A stretch of DNA of 38,531 nt from Nemertoderma westbladi (GCA_032718475.1 JAUCBJ010002560.1:1-38531), one strand, 5' to 3'. Positions 10,307 through 23,107 are shown, numbered from the stretch's first letter. Notes: generated by a model from the letters alone, not told the origin. Program-made: numbers and translations.

Positions 10307-11605
10307 TTACATAGCATCCCCGAAGCCACCTGGGATATATGCTTGGTCATCACCGGCTAGTAGACCAGCCTTCTTAGACTTGCTACCTTTCCTGGAGTAT
10401 TTGGCACGTTTCAACTTTCGAATCGAGCCAGCGATCCTTCTACTGTCACTCCTCTGAGCCAACACCGTGGCTGCCGATGTTTTTTCGATAGTCTGTTTGG
10501 ACAACTTGCCTAGGACAAGGTTCCTAGCTGTAGCACCCTCATTGAAGGCAAGGACTGCAGCTGCAACTGCTAAAGATATGCGCTGTCTACCCCAAAACTT
10601 ATGTTTGGGAGCTCTTGCCCAGATGAGGCTATTGAAGGATTCACTAACGTTCTGCGTATATCCGGGAACACACCGCCTGAGCAGGTTAATATCTGATAAC
10701 CGTCTATACACAGGCAACAAAAGAGATAAGAATATTGGGTCCAAGTGGTAGTCTTTGTCTATGTGTTTCCCATCCTTTTTGTATGAACACCAGTTATTAT
10801 CTGGGCAGAATTTATGGACATCTTCATCAGTTCCATGGCGTATCCCATGCCTAAACGATGCTAGAATGTTTCTCTTCATTGTCTGGACACACGCCGAAAT
10901 TTCCACCTGGGTTCTAGCTGACCTGTCGATGGACGATCTAATGGCGTTGCCATAGTAACGGCTCAGTCTTTCTATAGTTGATAGAGTCAGTCTATGCTTC
11001 GCACCACCAATAAACTTTCCATCTGCGAGTTTGCCCTTGTGTGAGTCCTTCAAATCGCGTAGAGCCTTTCCAAGTCTCTTCTTGACGTGGTTTACGCAGT
11101 CAATCTTGTTTACGCGTTTACACTGGACATCCCCAGTGTCATGCTTCGCCCAGATCGCCTTACCCGTGTCAGATTCATTGAAGAGAAGTTTCTCCTTATT
11201 TGATTTCTTGCTGTAAGTTTCGCAATCGTTACAAGATCCGTATATATCAACAACGGCATTGTATGCCGTTGAATCTCCATCACAGACTACAGATGTATAA
11301 CTGAGTCCATGACTATCAGAGTCCTTTCCATCAACAGACTTCTGAAATAGTTCTATGGCTATGTCTGCTTCCATAGACCCGCTACTGCTTGAGTATCTGC
11401 CTGGACATTGCGGTATATGGTTTTCCATAACTGAAATATATGACTCTGAGTCTTTAGGATATGGGGCAAATTCACAAGCATTGCAAATTTTATTTCTCAT
11501 TGCGTAGTCTAGAATTTTTCCAGTTGCCATCCCAATGACTGCTCCCACCCCACTGTTTGAGGTATGCCCACGGGTACCCCATGTGCCATCGAAAGAGACA
11601 GTGAC
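10307..11605 (-). CDS. Transposase exon 2 (catalytic DDE domain; 'Mutator-like transposase' Pfam-type family), 432 aa
   Basis: Acceptor ttttAG|GTC at 11606/11605 is in frame with ORF 10307-11548. Motifs: VSFDGTWGTRG, TGKILD, CNAC, SSGSME, CDGDS, KIDCVNHVKKR, RLT..YYGNAIR, H..CP..WC, TQNVSESFN.IW..APK. Confidence 0.88.
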   Translation of the reverse strand, partial: VTVSFDGTWGTRGHTSNSGVGAVIGMATGKILDYAMRNKICNACEFAPYPKDSESYISVMENHIPQCPGRYSSSSGSMEADIAIELFQKSVDGKDSDSHGLSYTSVVCDGDSTAYNAVVDIYGSCNDCETYSKKSNKEKLLFNESDTGKAIWAKHDTGDVQCKRVNKIDCVNHVKKRLGKALRDLKDSHKGKLADGKFIGGAKHRLTLSTIERLSRYYGNAIRSSIDRSARTQVEISACVQTMKRNILASFRHGIRHGTDEDVHKFCPDNNWCSYKKDGKHIDKDYHLDPIFLSLLLPVYRRLSDINLLRRCVPGYTQNVSESFNSLIWARAPKHKFWGRQRISLAVAAAVLAFNEGATARNLVLGKLSKQTIEKTSAATVLAQRSDSRRIAGSIRKLKRAKYSRKGSKSKKAGLLAGDDQAYIPGGFGDAM

Positions 11606-13149
11606 CTAAAACAATATAATTAGTGAAAGTGAAATTTATTCTCAACAATAACAATAATAGTAACAACAATTCACAACTACACATACCGGTAGCTCGGCAA
11701 TAAAAATATTCAAAGTATTATTTAGTACGATAAAAGTAGTAGTCAAGTAGACAGTACCGACCACCGTTCAAATTGGGTATGACTGCAGTTTTTTTTGCTG
11801 AAAGTGTTAACTTGTATAAACCATTTGAAATTATGTTATATTTTACATAGTCCGCATTGAGCAATTTTTTCTAGAACACTATTTATCTTAACGACAGATT
11901 TTTTACATAGCAACAATAATGAATTAGCACACAGGGGTATATTTATCTATTTAGACAATGGTCAATCATAAATAAGGAGAAACCATAAGCTCGAGAAAAT
12001 AAAAATGTAAGGAATAAGGATTATGTTTGCAGTTATGAGTTACAAATTTTGTAACATTGCAGTGTTATGGCAAACACTGTTACTGGTAGTGAACTTGTAA
12101 TACATACAAGGCTCGGAGTGCAATTTGGAGCTCATCACTGTGGCCAAGTAATGCACCGACATACCTGTCTGTCAGGAATATATGCTGTCAGCACCCTAAC
12201 TCTCGCTAGACATGTATCCCCAAGAACTGGTGGAAAATATGTTGGAAATATGTTAATTCGAATGTGGACTTTGTGGCCGACGCATTTATGGACAGAATGG
12301 AGCAGGTTTATCCTTTTCGAAGTACTGTAGCAGTGGTTACCCAAACTGAGATGTTGTTTCTGTAAGGTGATGTCCGGTATTACCAGTGGACCGTGAAATG
12401 AAAGGTGGAAGACTGTCGATGAAACAACTTCTGCATTTGCAGTAATTAATTTTAGTTCAATGTTTGATAATATATTTATTAACACGTTATCACAGTCCTT
12501 GTTCGCACACTTGCAATAAAAATTGAAAGCCCAATTTACAAATTGCTCCCACATCCAACCAAAGTTTGTAGGCTATAGTGGCGGCTGCCGGCTGCATATT
12601 ATCTACAGCCGCTCTCCAGAATAATACTTGCGAGCCCGCTCTTCTTATATTCATTCTTGACTGCTGCAGTTTCCTTTAATTCTAAATTTTACATCTGAAA
12701 TAAATAATACTTTCATTATATTTTGTGCAAGATAATTCGCAATGCCAGGTTAGCTTTGCAGGAATTAAAAGTTCTAGGAATTCGAATAATATATCAATAT
12801 CTGCATTATATAATAGTAAAAAAAAACCAATCAAACAGTCGGACTGAAGGCATCTCTTCGAAGATAGGGAGGGCCTTTAGTCGCAATCAAAATTCATCCC
12901 TCTCCAGGGAAAAATCGACGCAAATAACACCTGGTTACTCCCAAAAATAAAACTGTAACCTGTTCTGTTGACTTTCGTTTATAATTTTGGTTAGAATAAC
13001 GTGCCACTGTAACATGCTTCTGTCTCCCTCTTCAGTAGCTGCTACCCGAAGGTATGACTGGTGCTACTCGTATCCCAAGGTTTATTCCCAGTAATTCAAC
13101 AGGTACTCATTTTATCGACCCCAGTGAATGAAAGAAGGTCGAGCAGAAT

Positions 13150-14250
13150 GAGAACCAACCTGTTGAAACTTAGAAAGACACTAAATATTGCTACAATGAA
13201 CGCACGCACTCTAAAACTGCTTAGCAAACATTATTGCAGCTCTGGCAATGGAATATTACATCGACATAATTTGTATTCAAGAATATCAGATTAGTCATGA
13301 GACATTGCCATCAAGTATAATGAATGACATTTGAAATGGACGTTTATAACGTCCATCCACTTCCAGTCTGCAAATTCAGCAGAAAGCAATTCGGTCAAAG
13401 TTTCAATTGGTTGAGTATGAATTCTCCTAAGTCCATTTACACTTCTGACACTAAACCCCATCGAATATAAAAATTCCAGGATCATAAATTAATATAATTA
13501 CAACATTTTTGGTGGGAATCACAAGACAACAGCAATGTGTTGTTGCTACAGTCCAACCAACAATGCATCAGAGACAGAACAAACAGTTAAGGACTAGACG
13601 ATTTGAAAGGGCTTATAAAGTCATTGATACCTACAAACACCACATTCGAAAAGAGTAAGGATGGACATTTAACTGCGAGGCATACAGTAGTCAGCTCGTT
13701 CAACCTAATTTGTTCGGACCAGACCAGACTGCAGAGCTCAGACTCAGTTTGAGAGCCAGTAAACTCAGGACAAGCAAGCAAATCAACTATAACTGGGAGA
13801 AACTCAGAACTGACAATGCAGTAAAGGATGCTCACACAGTAGAAGTTCAAAATCGCAAGAGAGAAGATGTTAAGATACTCCTACTCCAAAGTAAAAACTG
13901 AACAACCAACAGCCGAAAACATCAACAAGGTTGAGAAAGCTAAACAACTAGGCACCTGCCGAACTCCAAAGAAGTATTAAAAGCATGTCCAATAATAAAG
14001 CGAGTCGATTATATGAAATTCCAGCGGAGGTATGGAAAACCGGAGTGCTAAAAAGACCATTTTCGGATGATTGCAACCGGATGTTAAAAGGGGACAATCC
14101 ACCACCAATTTTGACTAAAGGTCAACTAAAAGCCTCTCCCAAAGAGAGGATACCTCGATATACCAACAAACTATCGTGGGATCTGTCTGCTTGTGGTAGC
14201 TGCCAAAATATGCAATAAAATGATTCTATATAGGATTAGGCCTCACTTAG
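13150..14250 (+). mobile_element. Degenerate, internally deleted RTE LINE (APE endonuclease plus start of RT) nested in the transposase intron
   Basis: Contains LNIATMNARTL, IDIICIQE, CCYSPTN, EIPAEVWK and YRGICLL..AAKI.NKMIL.RI, with many stops and frameshifts. Confidence 0.8.
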
Positions 14251-16782
14251 AGAATGTTGCTCTTTTATGTTGCGTTTTATTCAAATTTTTTTTTATATAG
14301 GCCTATGTTATAAACAAATAAAGTTGAAAAAATATTTCTTTCATAACAAAAAAAATCTGCCATATTTTAAAATAAATAAATAAAATCTGAAATATTTAAA
14401 AAAAATACAATAATATTGTATAAATGTTGGGTAACGGCAATATGTTCCAGAACATTTATATGTATCAAAACTTAAAAAATAGCTAGATAAAAAGTATTAT
14501 AAAATGATCAATAATGCCTGATAGGGCCCTGGTGATGGAGACGTTTTAAAATTCTTTTCCAACAACAATTGTAAAGCGAAAATACAAGTCTTTTTAAATA
14601 TAAGTATTATACAATATTCTATATATTAAAAGGTGGTGTACATTTAGTATATTACCTTTAAAATTGACGTAACAACTTCGATAAATCGGTTTCCCAAAAT
14701 AGTTAGGTCTTCAAGCTCACCATCTCCCAAATCCAACGGAATCATCAAATTTCCATCAAATTCTTCGTATCGCGGCAATCTTGTTTCGCAAATCAATGGC
14801 AAAAGTCCTTTCTCATATTGCTATCGCTGCATTTTTCTTGCGTTTCCAACTTTTGGATTTTTTGGATCTATCGCCTTACATAAGGCGGTAGATCCAGATA
14901 AGGCAATCTTTCTCAAACCTAAATGTCACTATTAATCACAATATTTTTTAATTATTTTAGTCAAAGCACTCGTTGCCTCCAACTCTCTTTAAGGTTATTT
15001 TCATTGCCTAAATGTAACTTATTACTGCAATGTTTTGAATCATAAAAACATAATATTCTAGAATGTTTAATGTTGTTGCTAACACATTCTCTACATAGAT
15101 TAACATTTTTTTGGTAATTTTGTTATGATTTTATCCTCCAAACAAACGGCAATAAAAAAAATTGCTCAACCTTTCCCAAAGTCTTTATAGCGAAAATTTA
15201 TTGTTATAATGTTGAACAACATCATGAGCAAATAAAATTGCAGTCATACGCTGGAGAACGGTTCGTTAGTAAAATGTACCGAGAGAAAGCCGCCCCAATA
15301 TTAGATTATAACAACAACATTTCCATTGGGTAAGAAAGTGGAGAAGAGCCAGGCCCGACTCTCAATTTTTTAGTTTATATTACGCGATCAATTTTCACTC
15401 ATCTCGTCATGAACACAACATGTATGTAAACTTTTGATAAATTTGTTGGCTATGCGTTTGCGGTTGTTTGGGCGGAGTGTGGTAGGCCTAAACTTTTCAC
15501 ACTGAAACATTTTGGTTCTGAAATTTTCAGGGCACAGCGATCAGAGATATTTCATATATATTTTATTATGAGAGGAAGAAGAACATACAACGTTATTTAC
15601 TATATATGTAACAAAATAATTGTTTTCGGGTTTAACTTGGAAGCCTCCCCAAATAGTTGATATACAATTATATTTAAAATTATTTCCATGGTCATGGTCA
15701 TACACCCGTCTTTAGTTAGAAATTTGTTTGCATGAAAGACAGTTTAGTTTAGTTTTTACTGATTTATTATCTCTTATCTGGCTGGGGTAATAATAAAGGA
15801 TAGGATAAATGGAAGCAAAGTGTGACAGTAACAATTATTTCCCTGACAACCGAGCATGTCTTAAGTATACGATATCTAAAAGGGGGAAGTTTGGATTCAC
15901 TGCATAAATGCAGTTCACCAAACTTCCCCCGAATGCACACTGTAACTTCCCCCTTCCCCCAAATATCCACTGTTAAATTAATTTGAAGCGATATAATAAG
16001 TACAAAATTGTGCGAGTTTTTAATTGTGTAGTCCATTTGTTATTTGATCTCCATTTATTGTTTAAAGTGCATTTAATATCACACTGGTTTTTTAGAATAT
16101 TACAACCTTATGTTTTATTTATTAACCCAATCGAAGCCTTAATAAGGGCCGCTTATTTGTACGCATATCCCTAATGCGCTCAGTATGAGCCAAACAACAT
16201 ATTAATATGAAAATAAAGTATCTGCAAAGAAAAGAACCCAATGCTATATAATTTGACCTTATTAAAAAATTTGCACTTTTGCACACTTATTTGTACAAGT
16301 GCACTTCAGCAGATCGTAATGGTGGCTCTTATTTAACTATTACTTATGTTTATCCTCTACCGATCTACGATGGTGTATGATCAAGTGTCAGTCACTAAAA
16401 GTGTAAAAAATATAATTTAATAAATCGCGACATTTGCGATTTTGGACCATATTCATGGGCATTTTAAGTCACTTTATATACATAAAAAGTTAAACAAATG
16501 TTACGATTATAGTTAGAAATCACTCCAAACTACATTTTAATCCAAAAAATAACATTCTACGATGAATGGAACTGGAAATAATAGTGTTTGAAATATCGAA
16601 AAAATGTGTACTTTTTAAGTGCATTATGCACTAAGTGCACTTGCGTCTTTTCCCAAGTTGTATCCTATTTCACACACTACAATCTATCCTCTATCCAATG
16701 AAAAAGGTTTCAGATCAAACGGCCCAGTAGAACAGAAGTTATTGATGTTTAAAAATAATCACTCGAAAATTTCAAATTCTCT

Positions 16783-16856
16783 TGGTCACGTAGTCTAGTG
16801 GTAATCAATCACGTTAACGATACTTAAGTTCATGGGTTCGAAACCCAATATGACCA
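16783..16856 (+). other. tRNA-derived remnant (A/B boxes, decayed cloverleaf)
   Basis: GGTCACG-TAGTCTAGTGG...GGGTTCGAAACCC-AATATGACCA. Acceptor-like GGTCA/TGACC pairing is present, but there is no sensible anticodon arm. Confidence 0.55.
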
Positions 16857-18449
16857 TTCTTAATTTTTTGCAAAAAAAAAATTTTTAATTTTTGACTAAA
16901 TTTCGGTTCTGGTGCTCCAAATTAAATAAAATTGGTATATTCTTTGCCGTAATTTTTTTTTCTATCTTTTGAGAGGGGGTATTTTTGGCCCCAAAAAAAA
17001 ATGAAAAAAAGGGCCAAAATTACGCGATATTTTTCGACCCTTAAAACTCGTTATTTTAATTATAAATGTTAAGAAAAAAGATAGTGGAGTTAATTTGCTA
17101 CATTTTACAGGAACTTTTGGCGCAAAAAGTTAAATTATAATGTAATGGCGATTTATTAAAAAAAAATTTTTTCGTCCCTTTTTTATAAGTAGTATATTTC
17201 ACACGATCGTCTGCCGCTTCAGTTATATAATAGCTATGGCGCTGTAACTACCGTTGAAAGATCGATAATTTGACTCTCTATAAGACTGTTTAAATAAGTC
17301 TCCCAGACCTTATGTATTTTTCGAGCTAGACGAGTTCCCGCGAAGCGAGTTTGTAGCGTGAAATTATAATTTGGGCCCTAATTTTTTTAATATCGTTTGC
17401 GCGGCAAAACCAATCGAATATTTGGATTCCCCGTATCGATATTAACCGTATAAAATGTACTTTAACCTTCAAGAGTCAAAAATAAAAAAGTTGTTAGTTA
17501 AAAACTTTTTATTATTTTCTGGCCCTTTTTGGACCCCTTTGCCTACATATTTTTTGTACCCCCATTCGATAGGAATGTAGCCCCTGTGGTCTTCTACGCT
17601 TTCCGAAAAAGAATTGGCAGATTCCTACTAGCGTTGTCGAATTAAAAATTTTGGAAATAATAATTATGTAAAAAAGATGGAAAAAACGGACAAAGTTACG
17701 GCCCCTTTTTCCACCCGAAATATTAATAAATATCTTACTCCCATTCGATACGAAGGTAGTACCACTCTTCCCCTTTCCAACCGCGTTAATTTCATCCCCG
17801 TACGATTAATATTAGCCGAGTCAGAGCGGATCCCGCAAAGCCATTTTGTCCGTTTTTTCAACTTTGACGGACAATTTCGGGAAAAAGGCGTGGTAATCTT
17901 TTTTGAAAAAAAAAAACGAATTCACTAATTAATCCCTTCTATCGTATCCCGGCGTCGGTTAAGCAATAACCTAGGGTTTTTTCGAGCCACTGTAGAGCGC
18001 CTTTCAAAAAATTTTTAAAATTGTCGAAAAAATGACGGTTTTTTGTCCGCCGTGTCCGTCGAGGGGATAGATTTGCTAATGTTTGAGTGGCTAATATCTT
18101 AGAATTCCGAGTCGCTCCCCTGGTGCAAAAATAAAAAAAATTGGTCTGTTCCTTCATCGAAAAGTCCCCCAGAATCCCAAGTTAACCTATATAGTTAGCG
18201 ATGGCCTGCGGCTTTAGGAGCGGCCGCGGTATTCACCTCCCTCATAGCGGCCGCGGCGGTGTTGCGTCAAATGGAGAAATATTTATCCCACCAAGCGTCT
18301 ACTCGACTATAGTGTGTAGTATTTATTCAGTATATAAATAGGAGTATTTAGTGAAGTATATAGAACAGTACATGAGTATTTATGTGATGTTGTATTTATT
18401 TATATATAACTTACGATATTACTACCGGTACATACATTATATATTCATA

Positions 18450-18737
18450 CTAGCTGATTAATACCCGTAGGCGTAGAGCCTAGGACAGTGTGCGTGTATG
18501 CAAAGATAAACAAACAAACACACACACAGACAACGACGACTTGCCACACAGCCTATACCACTCAGAGTACTCAATTATGTATTCTGTTGAATTTTTAGCC
18601 CAATCTGACAGGGGGAAAATAGATCGCTGATGTGTAGATGGACAAACACACATACACACACATTTTTAACCACCCTGTACCCCATGTCCGACAAATGGAC
18701 AGAGACAGACATTGGCGGCTGAACCGAGAATTATAGA
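18450..18737 (-). mobile_element. Short non-autonomous Helitron-like element
   Basis: Minus strand starts TC (TCTATAATT) after an A and ends CTAG before a T, with no TSD. It has internal (TG)n/(TCTG)n runs. The 3' hairpin is weak. Confidence 0.55.
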
Positions 18738-18786
18738 TCTACCGGTATACAATATATTATTATCCTACATACAGTACAGTACTTAC

Positions 18787-19428
18787 ATCTGAACCAACTT
18801 TGAGCTTCAACGCCTTTCGCGCTTCACTCATCTTCTCCTCTGCCAGATTAGACACAACTGCGTTGATCTTATTGATGTTGAATGTCCATGTTGAATTTGC
18901 TAATGTGCACGGCATTTCCAAGCACTGACAGATAGTGTATAAGGTTTCTATGCCGTTTCCAGTCTCACAAAGGCCATAGACCATTCGGCTATTCAAATCA
19001 GCAGAGTGCTGTTTATTGTAAACAGTATCATCTGTTCCATACTTTCCTTCAGCACACTGCAAAATATCGCTAAACTCACAATGTGAACACTGAAAATAAG
19101 CAACAGAGTCAATCCCGAGTGTAAGATGGGCCAACTGTTCGACCTTCAACTCTCCGGGGCACCCGCCGCTATTATGAGCACGTCCTACTAGGTCTGTGAT
19201 ATTCCGCATACTCATTATACGGTATCCAGTTGTACTGTTCGAGAATTCATTACAGTTGTTCGTATTATCTCCTAACTTGTCAGTACTCGCTGTTATTATC
19301 GTCTTGTTTACTTCTTCCACTAATTCGACATTTGCGGACTCCACGGGATGGCGTGACAGGTACTGCGCCTTCTGTAGTTCAACCTGTCGGCTCTTAGTAA
19401 GCCTTGATAAAGCTTTCAATCTCGGCAT
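18787..19428 (-). CDS. Transposase exon 1 (214 aa; Cys/His zinc-binding region)
   Basis: ATG at 19428 (MPRLK...). Motifs GYRIM, H....C, LG......QCSHC, DLNSRMVYG..ETGNG..L..IC..L.MP are typical of this transposase N-terminus. Phase-0 donor GAT|GTAAGT at 18787/18786. Confidence 0.82.
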
Positions 19429-20009
19429 TGCAGCTCTCAAATGTGGCAACACTAGGTACCGGTAGAACAACTGAATACAATTTGTATATAGCAAACCCCA
19501 TGAATACTACAGTAGTTCAAATTTCCCGCCATGAAGAATAAGAGCTGGTACGGTAGTATGTAGCGTTAGGTCAAAGTCGAGTTAGGTCCATTTCTTTATT
19601 TGCTAACTTTGGATCTATATCTGAATCTTCGGGTCAAAATTTAGATCCAGTGGCATTAGTATTGTAATGCCAATGTCTATCGATCGGGCCAGGCGGTGAA
19701 TCCGCCAATGACCCAAATTTAGCAAACAAGGATACGGAACCTACCAGTACTTGGACCTAACGGTGCACAACCCAGGAGCTCCATACTGTATGTTGAGTTT
19801 TTGTAAAGTCGAAAATTGTTTAAAAAATGCGGATCTTCTTCCAAACTCCAGTAATATAAATAGTGCTATCTCAATAACTAAGCAAAATTTTGTAAAACGG
19901 ATTGCAGATTCGGGTTCCCCATAAAATTTTGGACAATAATCAATTAAAAAAACGAAAATCATTTTTTTTTCAAAAACGATGCTACCCCCCCCCCCCCCCC
20001 CCCCCCCCC

Positions 20010-20320
20010 TTAAATGTAAATTACAAGTAGCTCAGAATAAAGTAGTACGATTTATTAAAGACTACAAACCTAGGCACCACCTAACTCCAGATGACTTTTC
20101 TGAATCTGGACTACTTAACTTAGATAGTAGAGTTAAGCAGCTACGCCTTAACCATGTGCATAAAGTCGCGCAGCTAGTGCTTCAAACTTCTACCTCCCGA
20201 ATTGTAAATCCTTCGAATCTGATACTTTCTTTTTTAACGGTCTTAAAAATTGGAACGCTCTGCCTAATGAAATTAAAAACCTAAATAATCACCATTCAAT
20301 TAAATCTGCAGTTAAATCTA
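20010..20320 (+). mobile_element. L2/CR1-group LINE fragment, right half (continuation of 8730-9232)
   Basis: Removing the transposon and one TTAA gives WYESLTKQLK|CKLQVAQNKVVRFI...LNLDSRVKQLRLNHVHK in frame. Later GLKNWNALPNEIK appears in a shifted frame. Confidence 0.85.
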
Positions 20321-20956
20321 GTTGGTATCTTGCTTGAATAGGTTTTCATTGACTGTGTTAAAAAAGCGTTACCCCCCCCCCCCCTAAGGAATAATATTAC
20401 GTGGGATATAATAATATGTAATGTAGATAATTATTTTTTCAATTGAATATTCAAATCATTTAGTTATTGAAGCTATAGTCATGACGTCATCAGTAAATCG
20501 TTATCCGACCAAACAATCTTAATTCATTAATTTATTCGCGTTGTTAGTCAACGATAAGTGAGATTTATTAATACATAATTTACGAGATCAAAGTTCATAC
20601 TAATTTCACAGAAAGAGAAATATATTTAATTCCATCCATTGGGAGAATATATTATAATCACCCATACTCAATTTGTTTAACAATCTATAATTTATTATTT
20701 TTGCGTTTACATTTACTAATAATGCATCATCTTAAGAAATTTTTTCTCGCGAAAATTACATCTTATAATTTTGAAAGAATTTCATCAATAATTATTCAAT
20801 TGTAAATTAATTAATTCAACGGATAAATTACCCTTCTCCTTGTCACCCCATGGAATGAACTCACACAGTCAGCTGCTGTATTGCACTGCGCTTTAAGATG
20901 AATTGTTTTAGTCGAAATATTTGCGCCACCACCATGCATCCACAATTGTCATGCTG

Positions 20957-21750
20957 TACTACTACTACTAGGATCGGCATGCTGCATTGCAGCTGCATTT
21001 TTAAGAATGCTGTGCCGGCTTGTCAACAAAATTGCACCGCCACAACTCCCTATCACCCATGACATTTGCTAGATCATCCGCGTCTTTAAGGCCAGTGTCC
21101 TTTAAGATGCGTCTCAAGAAAGTCATGGGCTGTCCACCATGCTTATTCACTCCACGAGGCTGCCAAAGTACAAGATTATGCACTGGCTGGTCCTCACGGC
21201 GAAAGCAATGTCCTGCAAAGCGGAGGCGATTTTGTTCTAGTGTCAAGCTTGGGGGAACCAATGAGACACCTCCAATGTTATATAGTGTCTGGTTGGAGAT
21301 GTGTGCATTGTACTTGACACAATGAGCGTCTCAAGAAAGTCATGTGATGTCCACCATGCTTAATTCCATGTGGCTGCCAAAGTACAAGATTGTGCACAGG
21401 CTTGTACTCAACTATGCCCTACAAACAGAGGCGGTTGTGTTCGAGTACCAAGCTTGCTGAAACCAATGAGATACCTCCAATTATGTATAGTGTCTGGTTG
21501 GAGATGTGTGCATAGTACTAGACACAGTGAACCCGACGTAGCGTTCTTGTGAATGTGCCATCCAGAGATTTGGTGTCCTCAGCAGTTAGAGCCCAGCATG
21601 GACTCCCGTAGAGGAGTACTGGAACTACTGCTGCTCTAAATAATCAGACCTTAAGTTTACAATTAATTCTCGGTGACTTCCAAATCCTGGAAAGCCCATT
21701 CAAGACTGCTCATGCCTTTCCCTTACGTATTCGAAGGTCTTCACCTGACA
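20957..21750 (-). mobile_element. RTE LINE 3' portion with (TAG)n tail and an internal duplication
   Basis: ORF 21001-21261 RLRFAGHCFRR..QPVHNLVLWQP....DRELWR is the RTE C-terminus. The tail lies at 20957-20970. Segments ~21109-21190 and ~21326-21400, and ~21257-21325 and ~21461-21530, are duplicated. Confidence 0.85.
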
Positions 21751-23107
21751 TTTAAGGTTTACTTGTCACGGTTTACTAAGAGACGGTAACAAAGGGAAGA
21801 CAGCTGGGTCATCATCGGTTTAGTAAGAGACGGTAGGTATTAATAATAAAGGTAGAGATAATAAAGTAGATGATTTGGAAATTAAGTTGTCATATAGATC
21901 TGTTGATCAAATTGAATTAGTTAATTACTAAATTCCTAATTAAAATATTATAATTACTGTAAATGTTCTTCAACTCACAACATCAAATTTAAGGCATTTC
22001 ATTGGTTGATTCAAACATCAACAAATACCCTTATCTTCACTATCAAACTCTTAATAGCATGTCTTGCTTACTTAATACCTGTAGGATTTCCATGTGCGTT
22101 CTGTTGTATTTAGCGATTAAACACTGGATATCTTTTTGTAGGTAGATGATGAGAATTACAGTTCAGGCCACCAGAAAACGCAGATTTGTTCAAATGTGAA
22201 CACATTTGATCAAATATGTGAAAGTGTAATGTAATATACCTCTGCTACGCAATATTCAAATGACATTAAGTTATTATTTTTCTTCAAATAATTTGCTAAT
22301 AATATAATACAGTAATAATATAATGTTCTCATAGAATCTGGATCGATGATTTTAACAATAAAATTACATATTGTAAGATAAAAAAGTACTTTATTAACCT
22401 TTTGCCTCTCGATCTGACTTATTTATCTACCCCGCTGCGTTCGGTCGGTAAATAACAGATCTCGGGACGAATGTTAGAAAAATCTTTATTGATAGCAGGG
22501 ATTGGTCTAGCACTGGGTTCTGGGTTTATGGCATACTGGACTGTTACTGTTCCAAGCCGGCCTAAACCAATTTACGACTCCAGTGTAATACCTATAATGG
22601 GGAATACGTTGTTATATGTAATACGTATATGTCATACGTAATATGTTGTTACGCCCTGGGGGCTCTCTCGTCTACCTGATATCAGCACACGCACCGCACA
22701 CAAAGCTTTTGTCGGTCCCAGCAAGTCAGCCTCAAGCTGTGTGATCTAGACATGTGATCATATTTGATGAAATCTGCTTTTCTGGTGGCCTGTACTGTAA
22801 AACATACGATGCTGTGCGATCTAAATCCATGGAGCAGTCTTGTGATCAAGCTTTATAAATTCTGCGGCTAGAACGGATTTTGGATTCGTTTGTGATGAGT
22901 TCCAGGGAAGTAAGCAATTGACAGAATTATCCAAGACCATTCACATAATTGAACAAGAACAACAAATCAATAAAATGTGTCCAGCTTGATCAACTAATAA
23001 AAGATATAATTAATAAATTAGCATTTCAATACGTAATAGTAAAGTACATATAATTAAATTCTAATTGAAATATTGACATTGTAAATTAAATATTAATAAT
23101 AATAATA

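Larger units (their letters stand above)
9233..20009 (-). mobile_element. Kolobok-like DNA transposon, 10.8 kb including nested insertions
   Basis: TTAA target duplication at 9229-9232 and 20010-20013. The TIRs of about 22 bp are GGGGGGGTAGCATCCTTTTGGA (left) and GGGGGGGTAGCATCGTTTTTGA (right, reverse complement). It encodes a DDE transposase. A TTAA TSD, purine-rich termini and a non-piggyBac transposase fit Kolobok. Confidence 0.8.

Noticed and set aside
12067-12554. ORFs inside the transposase intron as a second transposon gene or captured exon
   Set aside because: No recognisable motif in the frames I read; cannot be supported without a search.
9233-20009. piggyBac assignment, or KolobokP-style long terminal direct repeats
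   Set aside because: TTAA alone is not diagnostic. The termini are G-rich rather than CCY, and the transposase motifs are not piggyBac. I saw no direct repeat of the left end near the right end.
19979-20284. Poly-proline ORF MLPPPPPPPP...
   Set aside because: Chimera of the transposon TIR C-run and the downstream LINE frame.
20480-20500. Second hammerhead core (TCATCAG; also ~10825)
   Set aside because: No GAAA partner or flanking stems.
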